From: an uncultured Gammaproteobacteria bacterium | GTDB taxonomy: Bacteria > Pseudomonadota > Gammaproteobacteria > CAWCPV01 | NCBI GenBank assembly: GCA_963797555.1 | Contig: CAWCPV010000008.1 | Coordinates: 32,001-96,000 of the forward strand | Direction: 5' to 3' | DNA length: 64,000 nucleotides | Part shown: piece by piece, positions 42,584 to 51,562 of the stretch | Layout of the letters: the number at the start of each line of letters is the position of its first letter | Position numbering within the stretch: position 1 is the stretch's first letter | Position numbers and translations under genes: made by a program | Notes under the pieces: model-generated | Database searches by the model: none | What the model saw: only the letters and a program-made list of their open reading frames with translations | Told to the model about the DNA's origin: nothing

Positions 42584-44398
42584 TCACCGGGCAGCGCCGT
42601 CAGCATCTTTGTGGGCGGGGAGCCGGAGATGAAACGTCGTCCCGCCCCCGGGCTCGGTGGTTGCCCAGAGCTGCCCACCATCATGGGCCTCGATGATGGA
42701 TCGGCTGATGGAAAGGCCCATCCCCATGCCGCCCGGCTTTGTGGTGAAGAACTCCTCGAATAGGTGTCTCTGAGCCTCCGGGGAGAGGCCGGGGCCCGTA
42801 TCGGCGATGGATATCTCGATGGTTTCGTGATCCCTTGCCGTGGTCCGGAAAGTGAGTCGCCGTTCGGGACCCTGCATGGCCTCGATGGCGTTGCGCGCCA
42901 GATTCAGGATGACCTGCTCGATCTGAATTGGATCCGCCATCGCGGGGGGAAGCTTCCCACCCAGCAGGAGCTTGACCGTGACGTGGTTGCGGCGCGCCTC
43001 CGGGGCGACGAGCTCCGCTGCGTTGCGCACCAGGTCGTCAACGTCGGTCAGTTGTCGCTGCGGCGTCTCTTTGCGCAAGAAGGTTCTCGTGTGCCGGATG
43101 ATGTCGCCCGCGCGCTTGGCCTGGGCAGCCACCTTCTGAAGGATGTCGAGTAGTTCCTCACGCTTTTCCGTGCCAGCTTGCAGCATCTGCACGCAGCCCT
43201 GAGTGTAGACGGCGATGGCAGCGAGCGGCTGATTCAGCTCGTGGGCGATTGCGCTCGCCATCTGGCCCATCGTGCTCAAGCGGGCGACATGGGCCAGTGC
43301 TGCCTGATGCAGCCGCGCCTTCTCTTCCGCGCGCACCTGCTCTGTGATGTCCATGGCGATGCCGATGATGGCCGGCGCCCGGTCGTCGGCGCCGGCGAGC
43401 CGCACCTTGATAATCTGCACTTCATGGGCCTCGCCATCGGCGAAGGTGATCGTCTCGCGGAGCCGATACGGCCTGTCGCTATGCAGACACTCCTCGTCCA
43501 ACGTCTGCCAGGGCGACATGCTCCCGAGGGGGCCGCGCTGCTCGCCGCTCTTGACCATCCAGGATTCCGGCAGGCCCAGCCACTCGCAGACAGTGGTATT
43601 GGCGAATCGCAAGGCGCCGTCGGCCCCGATCATCCAGATGCCCACCGGGACGTTATCCAACAGGGTTCGGAGGGTAGCTCGCTCGCGAACCAGCTCTTCC
43701 TGGACGCGCTTGCGTTCGGCTACCTCCGCGGCCAGCTCCCGGTTGATAGATTCCTGCTGCTCCTTGGCCCGCCCGACATCGGCCAGCAGGTCCAGGTTGG
43801 CGAAGCGCAGCTCCAACGACTCGCAAACCGTCAGGTAGAGCCGACGCGATATCGCCAGCATTAACGCCACGAACAGCAACAGTAACAGCCCCATGGCCGT
43901 GTACACGGGAGTGGTATGAGTCATGATCCGGGCGATATAGGGCAGTAGGGCCGGGAGCAGAAAGGCAGGATAGGCGCCTGGGTAGGGGGAGAGCGTGGAC
44001 ATGCCGCCCGCGGACATGCCGGCGAGGAGGAATGCGAGGAACACCTGATGCACGTTGCTGTGCTCGGCAAAGAACAGCCACCCGGCCACCCCCCAGGTGG
44101 CCCCAGAAAGACCGGCACCGATGACGAACCAGGCCCCCCATCGGGACGCCTGCGCCGGCGCGGGATCTGCGCGCCAGTACGCGCGGACCAGCAGATAGCG
44201 CGCCAGCGTAAGGAGCAGTGTGACGACGAGCCAGGCCGACAGAAGAGGGCGCGGCTGCTCCGTCCATAGCACCGCGGTCAGGATCGCCGAATTGACGGCG
44301 ATAGCGGGCAAGGCGAACGGCGCCTGGCGGTAAAGGAGACGGACCTGCTCGGCGCGGCGCCGCGGCTCGTGGTTCAGTGCCGCCGCGCGAGGCGTCAT
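42584..44398 (-). CDS. Membrane-bound PAS sensor histidine kinase
   Basis: TM bundle, PAS, AHELNQPL, NAIEA, DTGPG, GMGMGL. Confidence 0.9.
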   Translation of the reverse strand: MTPRAAALNHEPRRRAEQVRLLYRQAPFALPAIAVNSAILTAVLWTEQPRPLLSAWLVVTLLLTLARYLLVRAYWRADPAPAQASRWGAWFVIGAGLSGATWGVAGWLFFAEHSNVHQVFLAFLLAGMSAGGMSTLSPYPGAYPAFLLPALLPYIARIMTHTTPVYTAMGLLLLLFVALMLAISRRLYLTVCESLELRFANLDLLADVGRAKEQQESINRELAAEVAERKRVQEELVRERATLRTLLDNVPVGIWMIGADGALRFANTTVCEWLGLPESWMVKSGEQRGPLGSMSPWQTLDEECLHSDRPYRLRETITFADGEAHEVQIIKVRLAGADDRAPAIIGIAMDITEQVRAEEKARLHQAALAHVARLSTMGQMASAIAHELNQPLAAIAVYTQGCVQMLQAGTEKREELLDILQKVAAQAKRAGDIIRHTRTFLRKETPQRQLTDVDDLVRNAAELVAPEARRNHVTVKLLLGGKLPPAMADPIQIEQVILNLARNAIEAMQGPERRLTFRTTARDHETIEISIADTGPGLSPEAQRHLFEEFFTTKPGGMGMGLSISRSIIEAHDGGQLWATTEPGGGTTFHLRLPAHKDADGAAR

Positions 44399-44717
44399 GG
44401 GAGGAGGGTCGGCGCGTCCACGGACGGGAGAGACCATCAGCCGCGCCGTGCGTCGGTCGCGCGCGTACTGGGGCCGTGCACTGGAACGTGAGCCCAGCGT
44501 GGGCGGGGGGCTAACAGAAACCGATACGCCGGACGAAACGCCAGGGCCCCCCGCCAAAGCAGCGGCACGACCGCGACGCGCCGCGGCCGGCCAACCCCTT
44601 GTAGGAATCGGCCCTCCGCATCTGCTACTAGCCGCGCCATGTGATGATCTTACCTGGGGAGCCCTCCCGGCGTCCGCACCCGCGTTCCCGCGAGCTGCCG
44701 AGGCTCTGCCTCAGGAG

Positions 44718-44799
44718 GGCTGACCCAAACTGACGGGCAGCGGCGGCCCGGAACGGTCGGCGGCTGGCCCGCCGAGGCCACAAAACGCCTTGGTTAGAG
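44718..44799 (-). other. Degenerate attC-like site
   Basis: CTCTAAC overlapping the oxidoreductase stop ... GTCAGCC. Confidence 0.45.
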
Positions 44800-45978
44800 C
44801 CTGTAGTCGGGAAGATCGATGTCGTCGCGCAGGTCGCGGCCGATGAAGAAATCTGCAATGAACGGGACCCGCAACAGCCGGGTCACGAGGTTGCGGAAAG
44901 CGATACCGAAGGCGCTCTTCGGGGCGAAGGAGGAAGCGAATTTCGCCGCCGACTCTTGCTTGCGCTTCAGGAACGGCATCATCCGCTCCTGATAGCGAGC
45001 GAAGGCCGCGACGTGATCGCCCCGACAATCGTGAAGCTCGCCCGCAAGCACGTAAGCCTCGGCCATGGCAAGCCCCGTCCCTTCGCCGGCGAGGAGGGAG
45101 ACGCAGGCCGCGGCGTCGCCGATCAGCGCCGTGCGGCCTCTCGTCCAGCGATCCATGCGAATCTGGCTGACGCGGTCGAAATAGATGCCGCTGGCCTGCT
45201 CCATCGCCGCGAGAATCCGCGGGCATTCCCAGCCGACATCGGCGAAGACGCTTGCGAGCACCGACTTGCGTTCTCGATCGTTCGAAGGACTCCCGGTGGT
45301 CAAGTACTCGTCGCGAAAGATGAACAGAAAGAGCGTCTTGTCCTCGCGCAAGGAGAACCGTGAAATCTGCCGCCCCGGGACGCTGTGGCTGACATAGACG
45401 AGCTCGTCGCGCGGCCGGTAGCCGTCGACCTCGAAGGCCGCGACATGGTAGCCGAGCGAGACTTCGAACCTCTCTTCAGGCCCGAAGGCAAGCTGGCGGA
45501 CGCGCGAATGCAGCCCGTCGGCGCCGATGAGCAGATCGACTTCGCGCGGGGCGGCATGCTCGAAGCTGACGCGCACGCAGTCACCCGCATCCTCGATCCC
45601 CGCGACGGAGTCGCCGAAGACCGTCTCGACTTTTCCCTCTATCGCCCGGTAGATCGTAGCCGCAAGGTCGGAGCGCCGCAGGCTCGTGAACCGGCCGTGG
45701 GTCATGCGCCCGAAGACGTCGACCGAGAAACCGCCGTTCCTGCGGCCGTGCCGGTCCACGAACCGCACCTCCCTCGCCTGATAGCCCAGCTCCCTGATGC
45801 GCGGGATCAGGCCCATCTTCTCGGCGATGTCGTAGCCGACTCCCCAGAAGTCGATGACATAGCCGCCGCTGCGAAGCTGTGGCGACTCCTCGACGAGCAG
45901 CACCTCGTGACCGGATTCTCGCAGCCAGTATGCGAGCGTCACACCGGCGATGCCGGCCCCGTTGATGGCAATCCTCAT
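44794..45978 (-). CDS. FAD-dependent monooxygenase/oxidoreductase
   Basis: GAGIAG, GADGLHSRVR, LIGDAA...GEG. Confidence 0.9.
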   Translation of the reverse strand: MRIAINGAGIAGVTLAYWLRESGHEVLLVEESPQLRSGGYVIDFWGVGYDIAEKMGLIPRIRELGYQAREVRFVDRHGRRNGGFSVDVFGRMTHGRFTSLRRSDLAATIYRAIEGKVETVFGDSVAGIEDAGDCVRVSFEHAAPREVDLLIGADGLHSRVRQLAFGPEERFEVSLGYHVAAFEVDGYRPRDELVYVSHSVPGRQISRFSLREDKTLFLFIFRDEYLTTGSPSNDRERKSVLASVFADVGWECPRILAAMEQASGIYFDRVSQIRMDRWTRGRTALIGDAAACVSLLAGEGTGLAMAEAYVLAGELHDCRGDHVAAFARYQERMMPFLKRKQESAAKFASSFAPKSAFGIAFRNLVTRLLRVPFIADFFIGRDLRDDIDLPDYRL

Positions 45979-46065
45979 GGAAGTCTCCTGCGGGCCGACC
46001 GCCAAATTTCACCTGTGGCCCTATTGGACCGGCAAAGCCGCACCGGGAGTGGCCATGCGACGGAG

Positions 46066-46650
46066 TCAAGCAACTAGATGGACATAGTAGAAATCGCCAT
46101 TAAGGCGTAGCAGGGACGACTCAGGTGACAAGTGTCGTGTAGCTTCCTTGGGGGCCAGTACCGTGTCGGGAGGTGTGGCCGATTTTCTAGCGTAGTAATG
46201 GTATATGAAGATCAGCAAGGCGCCCAGCGCGTTCAGCGAGTTCTTCAAAGTCGCTTGATGGAAGTTTGTATCGCGTTCGTGCTTCACGTCGTTATAGCTG
46301 CACCACCAATCCGGATTGTGCGCAGTCCAGTTGGCCCACGGTTTGAAGGTCAGGCCGTAACGTAGGACAACAACTTCAGTGTCCGGCAGATCCGGAATCG
46401 CGGGAACTAGGACTGCTTTGTAATCGTTGATGTTTGCTCTTGGCGCGACGGGTGATACGCGCTGGCAGAGGAGCTTGGCTACAACGTCAACCTCTGACGC
46501 AGAGGAAAACAAGAGGTGTGCGAGTTCGATTGAATACACCGAAAAGTTTGGCTCCGCAAACTCGACGTAGCGAGACATCGCGTCCATGTCTCTCTCCAGC
46601 GCCAGAAAGTAGTTCCAGTGAAGCTTCGCAGGGGTTCTTTGGATTGTCAC
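46066..46650 (-). CDS. Hypothetical protein (cassette-like)
   Basis: Lower GC; YFLALE.D...YS.ELA, WW.SYNDVKHER. Confidence 0.75.
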   Translation of the reverse strand: MTIQRTPAKLHWNYFLALERDMDAMSRYVEFAEPNFSVYSIELAHLLFSSASEVDVVAKLLCQRVSPVAPRANINDYKAVLVPAIPDLPDTEVVVLRYGLTFKPWANWTAHNPDWWCSYNDVKHERDTNFHQATLKNSLNALGALLIFIYHYYARKSATPPDTVLAPKEATRHLSPESSLLRLNGDFYYVHLVA

Positions 46651-46881
46651 TAGACGCCCCCTATTCGTGTTGGATGTGTGCTCCCTAAAGCTGTGATATC
46701 GCTTTTGCTTTCGCGCCTTACGTATTCTCCAAAACGCTGTCGTGTTGATTATTGGCACGGCGGCAGCTCGCTGACATCGGCTCTTTGCCGCATGCGCCGG
46801 TAGACTGCCGCATATTCCACCTTGGCGCCGCGCCCCGCGCAGGGTATCGGTGAGCAGTTCCCGGCGCTGCCTCGCCGCGCG

Positions 46882-47094
46882 TTACGCATACATGAGGCGA
46901 CGGCCCTTTGGCGCAGGTATCGGGTCACCGAACTCTCTGGCCGTGTCTAACCCAAAGCTGAATGGCCTCCTTAACGTTAGCCAGAGCCTCTTCTTGCGTG
47001 GCACCGTGGGCCAGGCATCCCGGCAATTCCGGGACCTCGGCAAAGAACGGTTGGTCTTCTTCACTCAATAAATAATCGTCTCGTACTTGTGCAT
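46882..47094 (-). pseudogene. HicB antitoxin (frameshifted), preceded by a HicA C-terminal remnant
   Basis: KYETIIY..EED..AEVPELPGC.AHG..DTAREFGDPIPAPKG; upstream PYQVRQVR...KY. Confidence 0.8.
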
Positions 47095-47189
47095 CAGGGA
47101 TCACCTGCCAAATGGTACTTCAGAATAGCGCCCCGGACTTGACGAACTTGGTAAGGCTTCGCCACAGATGATGGCTTCGGCGTATGCGT

Positions 47190-47420
47190 GGCTCAGCCAT
47201 CGTGGCAGTCGGGCGGCCCGATACTCGCGCCGCGCCTCGACAATCGCCTCATCGCACGCTTCCCTCGCCACGACGCCCGGCCGCTTGAATCCCAGCTCCT
47301 GCGCGAGAGCGGCGGCGCGTTCGCTTACCACGACGAGTCGGGTGGCCCGCAGCCATTGCTGGCCGAGCTTTCCGACATGTCGAACAGGTTGCGCAGTCCC
47401 TCGTTGCTGGTCACGACGAC
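47190..47420 (-). repeat. Diverged duplicate of the hemD 3' end and downstream flank
   Basis: [31 protein letters not shown] matches 51535-51762. Confidence 0.92.
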
Positions 47421-47423
47421 CAT

Positions 47424-47484
47424 TGACGTTGCTGGGGTCAGTGACGTTGCTGTGACGTTGCTGGAGTGACGTTGCTGGGGTCAG
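47424..47484. repeat. TGACGTTGCTG x4 micro-repeat with two GGGGTCAG motifs
   Basis: Copies at 47424, 47442, 47453, 47467. Confidence 0.9.
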
Positions 47485-47750
47485 TTCCCGCTTGCTAGCA
47501 TTCGCCTGCGGACGGTCCGCCCGACGGTAGCCGGGTGGACGTCGAAGTGCTGGGCGATCTCTCGATAGCTGTAGGCTTCGGTGGAATGGGCGGCGATCAT
47601 CCCCTTCATCCGGCGCTCTGGACGTTGCCGCGGTGGACACCAACGAGGCGGGTGGGGCACGCCTTTGGACACGGGGAATGCTCAGCTCATCGCCCTGAAC
47701 CAGCGCCTTGGCCTGCATGCGCTCGACAAGCCGCTCATCCCCGCTAGTTA
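47476..47750 (-). mobile_element. 3' remnant of RAYT-like (Y1 HUH) transposase with HTH
   Basis: GDERLVERMQ..ELSIPRVQRR; YSYREIAQHFDVHPATVGR; ends GAACTGACCCC; partial copies at 48355-48430 and 50198-50311. Confidence 0.65.
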
Positions 47751-47770
47751 GCCGCTTCACAGGTAGCTCA

Positions 47771-48081
47771 CTACAGCCCTGGCCCGGAGCCGCGACTGGT
47801 GTGCCACAATGCGAGGATCTCCACCCTATCAGGCGATCCCCTTGACCGGTAATGGAGGTAGTGGTGAACACGGCTGAGATGGATACGTCGCACGCCCGAT
47901 AGCTTAACATTCTTGGCCTTGGCCCCAATTTGCGGCTGGGTAGAGATAAGCTCAAAGGCGCGCTCGATGTCCTCACGGAACACACCGGCGCCTTCGGACG
48001 ATTCGCCTCCCACCATGCAGAGGCTTCCGCCATCTGAGCCGCCGCAGTGCGGACGACGCGGAGGGGAAGCTTCCGGCTCAA
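47771..48081 (-). pseudogene. RelE/ParE-family toxin (frameshifted)
   Basis: AQMAEASAWW..NRPKAP..F..., GVRRIHL.RVHHYLHYR, ILALWHTSR. Confidence 0.8.
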
Positions 48082-48299
48082 GCGTGGTCTCGTAACTCGT
48101 TCAGCAATTGCTCGCCAGTAATGTCTTCGCCGCGGTCAGCTTCAGCCATCGCCGCAAGCAGTGCTGCCTCGGCTTCTGAATCGAGCACAAACGTCTCATC
48201 CCGCTCCGGTGCCAGCACGGTGACGGTGGCGCCCTCTTCCAGAGGCTCACCCTCAGTGACTATCTTGCCAGCGATCACTTTGCCTGTAGTGACTTTCAT
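48078..48299 (-). CDS. Putative antitoxin
   Basis: 73 aa acidic protein overlapping the toxin start. Confidence 0.75.
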   Translation of the reverse strand: MKVTTGKVIAGKIVTEGEPLEEGATVTVLAPERDETFVLDSEAEAALLAAMAEADRGEDITGEQLLNELRDHA

Positions 48300-48536
48300 A
48301 TCTGTATCCTAATGCACCGAGAGACCGGAATCCAGCGGCGGCCTAATAAGTGGGCTGGGGTCAGTTCCCGCTCGCTAGCATTCGCCCGGGACGATTCGTC
48401 CGACGGTCGCCATCCAGGAGATCTTCCGCCGATACGGCCCCGCCTATCGGGAGCGCTTCGGCCAGGCGATGTCCGCCGAGCACCAAAAGGTTATCGAGGA
48501 TTGAAACGACCTTTCAGGTCGCCTTGTCCTTACTCG

Positions 48537-48857
48537 TTAGGTACTAACCCGGACAAGCTGGCCCGGAGCGATGCGAGAGAGCACCTGCAGAAGCTCCGGA
48601 ACCAAGGGGAGCAGGGTTTCGATGCGGTTGTTCATTGCGATGAGCACCACTACAGGGATGAGCAGGCGAGCGGGATTCTGCTGATATTCAAGGTTCTGAT
48701 CTCCAGTGACCAGCACATCAAACTGTCCACTGGCTCGGCGAAGAAGTTCGCCGTTCTTCAGGCCGGCCCAACCCATCTGCGGCACCGTGCGCACTTCATG
48801 GCCCGTAAGCGCGTGACCCAACTTGCGGGGCAGCGACTCATCAAGCAGGATGCGCAT
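48537..48857 (-). CDS. DUF5615 PIN-like toxin
   Basis: MRILLDESLP, GWAGLKNGELL, TGDQNL.YQQN; stop inside ACCTAAC. Confidence 0.88.
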   Translation of the reverse strand: MRILLDESLPRKLGHALTGHEVRTVPQMGWAGLKNGELLRRASGQFDVLVTGDQNLEYQQNPARLLIPVVVLIAMNNRIETLLPLVPELLQVLSRIAPGQLVRVST

Positions 48858-49065
48858 CCGCGTTCAAAGCTTCGCGCGCCAGTTCAAGGGCCGTAATGGC
48901 CTGCTCGCGGCTCACCGAAGGGAACTCGTCTAAGAACACTTCAAGGCTGTCGCCAGCCTCCAGATAGTCGAATAGGATCTTGACAGGGACACGCGTACCG
49001 ACGAATACAGGCGTGCCGCCGAGGATTTCCGGGTCGCGGTGCACGACCAATTCCCGATCAAGCAT
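48841..49065 (-). CDS. DUF433 antitoxin
   Basis: DPEILGGTPVFVGTRVPV...FLDEFP. Confidence 0.92.
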   Translation of the reverse strand: MLDRELVVHRDPEILGGTPVFVGTRVPVKILFDYLEAGDSLEVFLDEFPSVSREQAITALELAREALNADAHPA

Positions 49066-49222
49066 GGTGAGCTCCGTGGTTTAGCCCTTCAATGGTACTG
49101 CAATGCTTCGGCGGGCACCTAGCGCGGAGGTGTGCCGCGCCGGCCACGGAAACAACAGAAAACATTAGAAAACAGGGTGCGCTGGTACCCGGCGTCGGCA
49201 TGAACGATGCGTTGCGCATCGC

Positions 49223-50026
49223 CTACTTCGGGACCGTTGCTCGAACTGCCCAAGCCCGGGCGACTAAGGACACCGAACCGTCCGCTTGCACTGGAACGCG
49301 CTGTCGTATGCGCTCGCGCAGGCGCGCTCGCGCTGCCTCATCGAGGGCCATGGCATACGCCGGAGCGGGCCCCTGCCCGCCCAGGAACGGGCGCCAGTAG
49401 TCTTCGAAGCTCGCGAAGGGCGTCGCTATGTCGACCGCAGTCACCTCGACCCTATGCAGTCCAGAGCTGTCGAAGAGCTCGGTGAGCACCTCCGGACGAC
49501 TTACGGGAAACCGAACTCCTTCGTCCACCCTCGACGCCTCCGGGTCGAGTTCAACCGCCGCATCCCAGAACAGGCGCATGAGATCCATCTTCCCTGCATA
49601 ATCCCATACGTAGGCCCCGATTGTGCCGCCGTTGGCCGTCACTCGCGACATCTCGACAAGTGCCGCGCGTTCATCCGGGACGAAGTTCAAGACCAGTCCC
49701 GAAACCGTCACGTCGACAGACGAACTGTCCAGCGGGATTGCCGCCACAGTGCCTCGATGGAGCACCACTTGGCCTGCAAGGTGCTCTTTAGCCTTGTCGA
49801 GAAAACCCTCCGAAGGCTCGACGCCGACCACCGAGGCAGGCGAACAGTGGTCCACAATGGCTGCGCATAGCGCTCCCGTACCACATCCGACATCCAGCCA
49901 GCGCCGGCCGGCAGGAATGCTTAACCATGAGAGAAACCGAGGCGCGACCTGACGGCTCCACCGGCCCATCTACTGCTCGTAAGGGTCCCCACGTTCCCAG
50001 GTGTCCGACACGTGACTCTGTGCCAT
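49223..50026 (-). CDS. Class I SAM methyltransferase; in-frame TAG at 49970-49972
   Basis: YEQ*MGRWS, WLDVGCGTG, YVWDYAG; GTTGGGC upstream. Confidence 0.85.
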
Positions 50027-50073
50027 GATTCTCTCTACCTGTGATTCGACGCCCAACAGGAAATGGGCGGAAG

Positions 50074-50187
50074 ATCCGCCGCCTCATCACACGGCGAGGT
50101 GAAGGCGTGCCGCCGCTTTTTGAATGAAATCATGCGCGTGAGCGAGCGTGTCAAAGGTTGCTGCGGTGCTGGGCTGCAGTAGCCCGA
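50074..50187 (-). repeat. ~115 bp promoter-bearing repeat (second copy 51391-51504)
   Basis: Minus-strand TTGACA at 50149-50154 and 51466-51471 followed by CATGAT. Confidence 0.85.
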
Positions 50188-50310
50188 GAGAGCGGCGCTG
50201 GGGTCAGTTACCGCTTGCTAGCATTCGCCTGCGCCTGCGGAGGGTCCGCCCGACGGTAGCCGGGTGGACGTCGAAGTGCTGGGCGATCTCTCGATAGCTG
50301 TAGGCTTCGG

Positions 50311-50577
50311 TTCCGGCTCAAACGCGGTCTCGTAACTCGCTCAGCAATTGCTCGCCAGTAATGACTTCGCCGCGGTCAGCTTCAGCCATCGCCGCAAGCA
50401 GTGCTGCCTCGGCTTCTGAATCGAGCACAAACGTCTCATCCCGCTCCGGTGCCAGCACGGTGACGGTGGCGCCCTCTTCCAGAGGCTCACCCTCAGTGAC
50501 TATCTTGCCAGCGTCACTTTGCCTGTAGTGACTTTCATATCTGTATCCTACTGTACCGAGAGACCGGAATCCAGCGT
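50311..50577 (-). pseudogene. Near-identical second copy of the 48078 antitoxin (1 bp deletion)
   Basis: Matches 48071-48337. Confidence 0.9.
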
Positions 50578-50594
50578 CGGCTGGAGTGCTTCGT

Positions 50595-50908
50595 GTACGC
50601 CCGACATGGGCATGGACTGATGGGGTGAGAGTCCCCTGTACGAGTACCTGGGAGGTTCACCTTGTGGACCCAAGCAACCACTAGCCGACGGCAAGGGCGG
50701 CCTCGCGAGGGGCTGTGCGGAGGAAGCCCGACCGGGATGACCAACGACCGGCTGCAACGCCAGGGCTTGATATCGGTACGCGCTTTGTGGCTCCGCGCCC
50801 ATGGCTATCCCTGAGGTCCTCGTGTGCTCCGCTTTTGTGAACCGCCCGGTGCGGACCTGCATGCCGTGGTGGTGTGGGGGCTGGGGGCTAAACATCCCCG
50901 TACCCGAT
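50595..50908 (+). mobile_element. ORF-less, internally deleted group IIC-attC intron
   Basis: 5' GTACGCCCGACATGGGC...GGGGTGAGAGTCCCC; domain V GAACCGCCCGGTGCGGACCTGCATGCCG; ends ACCCGAT; removal restores GCATAAC. Confidence 0.88.
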
Positions 50909-51120
50909 TATGCATACATTAGCCGACCTCGGGGTTCTGGAACCGGGCGACCCAGCTCACGAGCAGTTTCGATCCATTGCTCAATCACATGTTGCGCATT
51001 GGCCACCGCTTGCTCGTAGGTCTCCCCGTCCGCCATACATCCGGATAGTTCTGGAACCTCGACCAAGAAGGACTGGTCCTCTTCGCTCCAGTAGACGACT
51101 AACTCATATTTAATCAACAC
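50908..51120 (-). CDS. hicB: HicB antitoxin
   Basis: YWSEED..VEVPELSGCMADG..WIETARELGRPVPEP. Confidence 0.9.
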   Translation of the reverse strand: MLIKYELVVYWSEEDQSFLVEVPELSGCMADGETYEQAVANAQHVIEQWIETARELGRPVPEPRGRLMYA

Positions 51121-51370
51121 CGCTTTCTCCCAATCGGTACTTCACGAGTATGGTCCTGACTTGTTTGATCTGGTACGCCTTCGCCTTACGGCCTTTAGGC
51201 TGCAAATTGATGATCTCATCGACGCCATCCCGGGTGAAAATGTGATGGCCACCCTTCACCCGTTCGTCAAAGCCAAGGCGGATCAGCAACTGGCACAGCG
51301 CAGAGAACTCTATGTTTCCGTCGGCGCTTCCGGTCAGAATTTTTTCCCTGAGCTTTGAGTACTTTCCCAT
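51110..51370 (-). CDS. hicA: HicA toxin
   Basis: LGFDERVKGGHHIF, INLQP, AKAYQIKQVR. Confidence 0.88.
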   Translation of the reverse strand: MGKYSKLREKILTGSADGNIEFSALCQLLIRLGFDERVKGGHHIFTRDGVDEIINLQPKGRKAKAYQIKQVRTILVKYRLGESGVD

Positions 51371-51562
51371 TCAGCAATGCCTATTCGCTACATCCGGCGC
51401 CTTCTGATGCAGGCGGCGAGGTGTAAGCGTGCTTTTTGAATGAGATCATGCGCGTGGGCGAGCGGTGTCAAAGTTGCTGCGGTGCTAGGCTGCAGTAGCC
51501 CGAGGGGAGGAGCGATTCGGCGGCGACACGGCGGCTCAGCGATCATGGCAGTCGTCGGCCCG

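Noticed and set aside
47424-47484. CRISPR or iteron array
   Set aside because: 11 bp units with irregular 0-7 bp gaps; no rep or cas gene nearby
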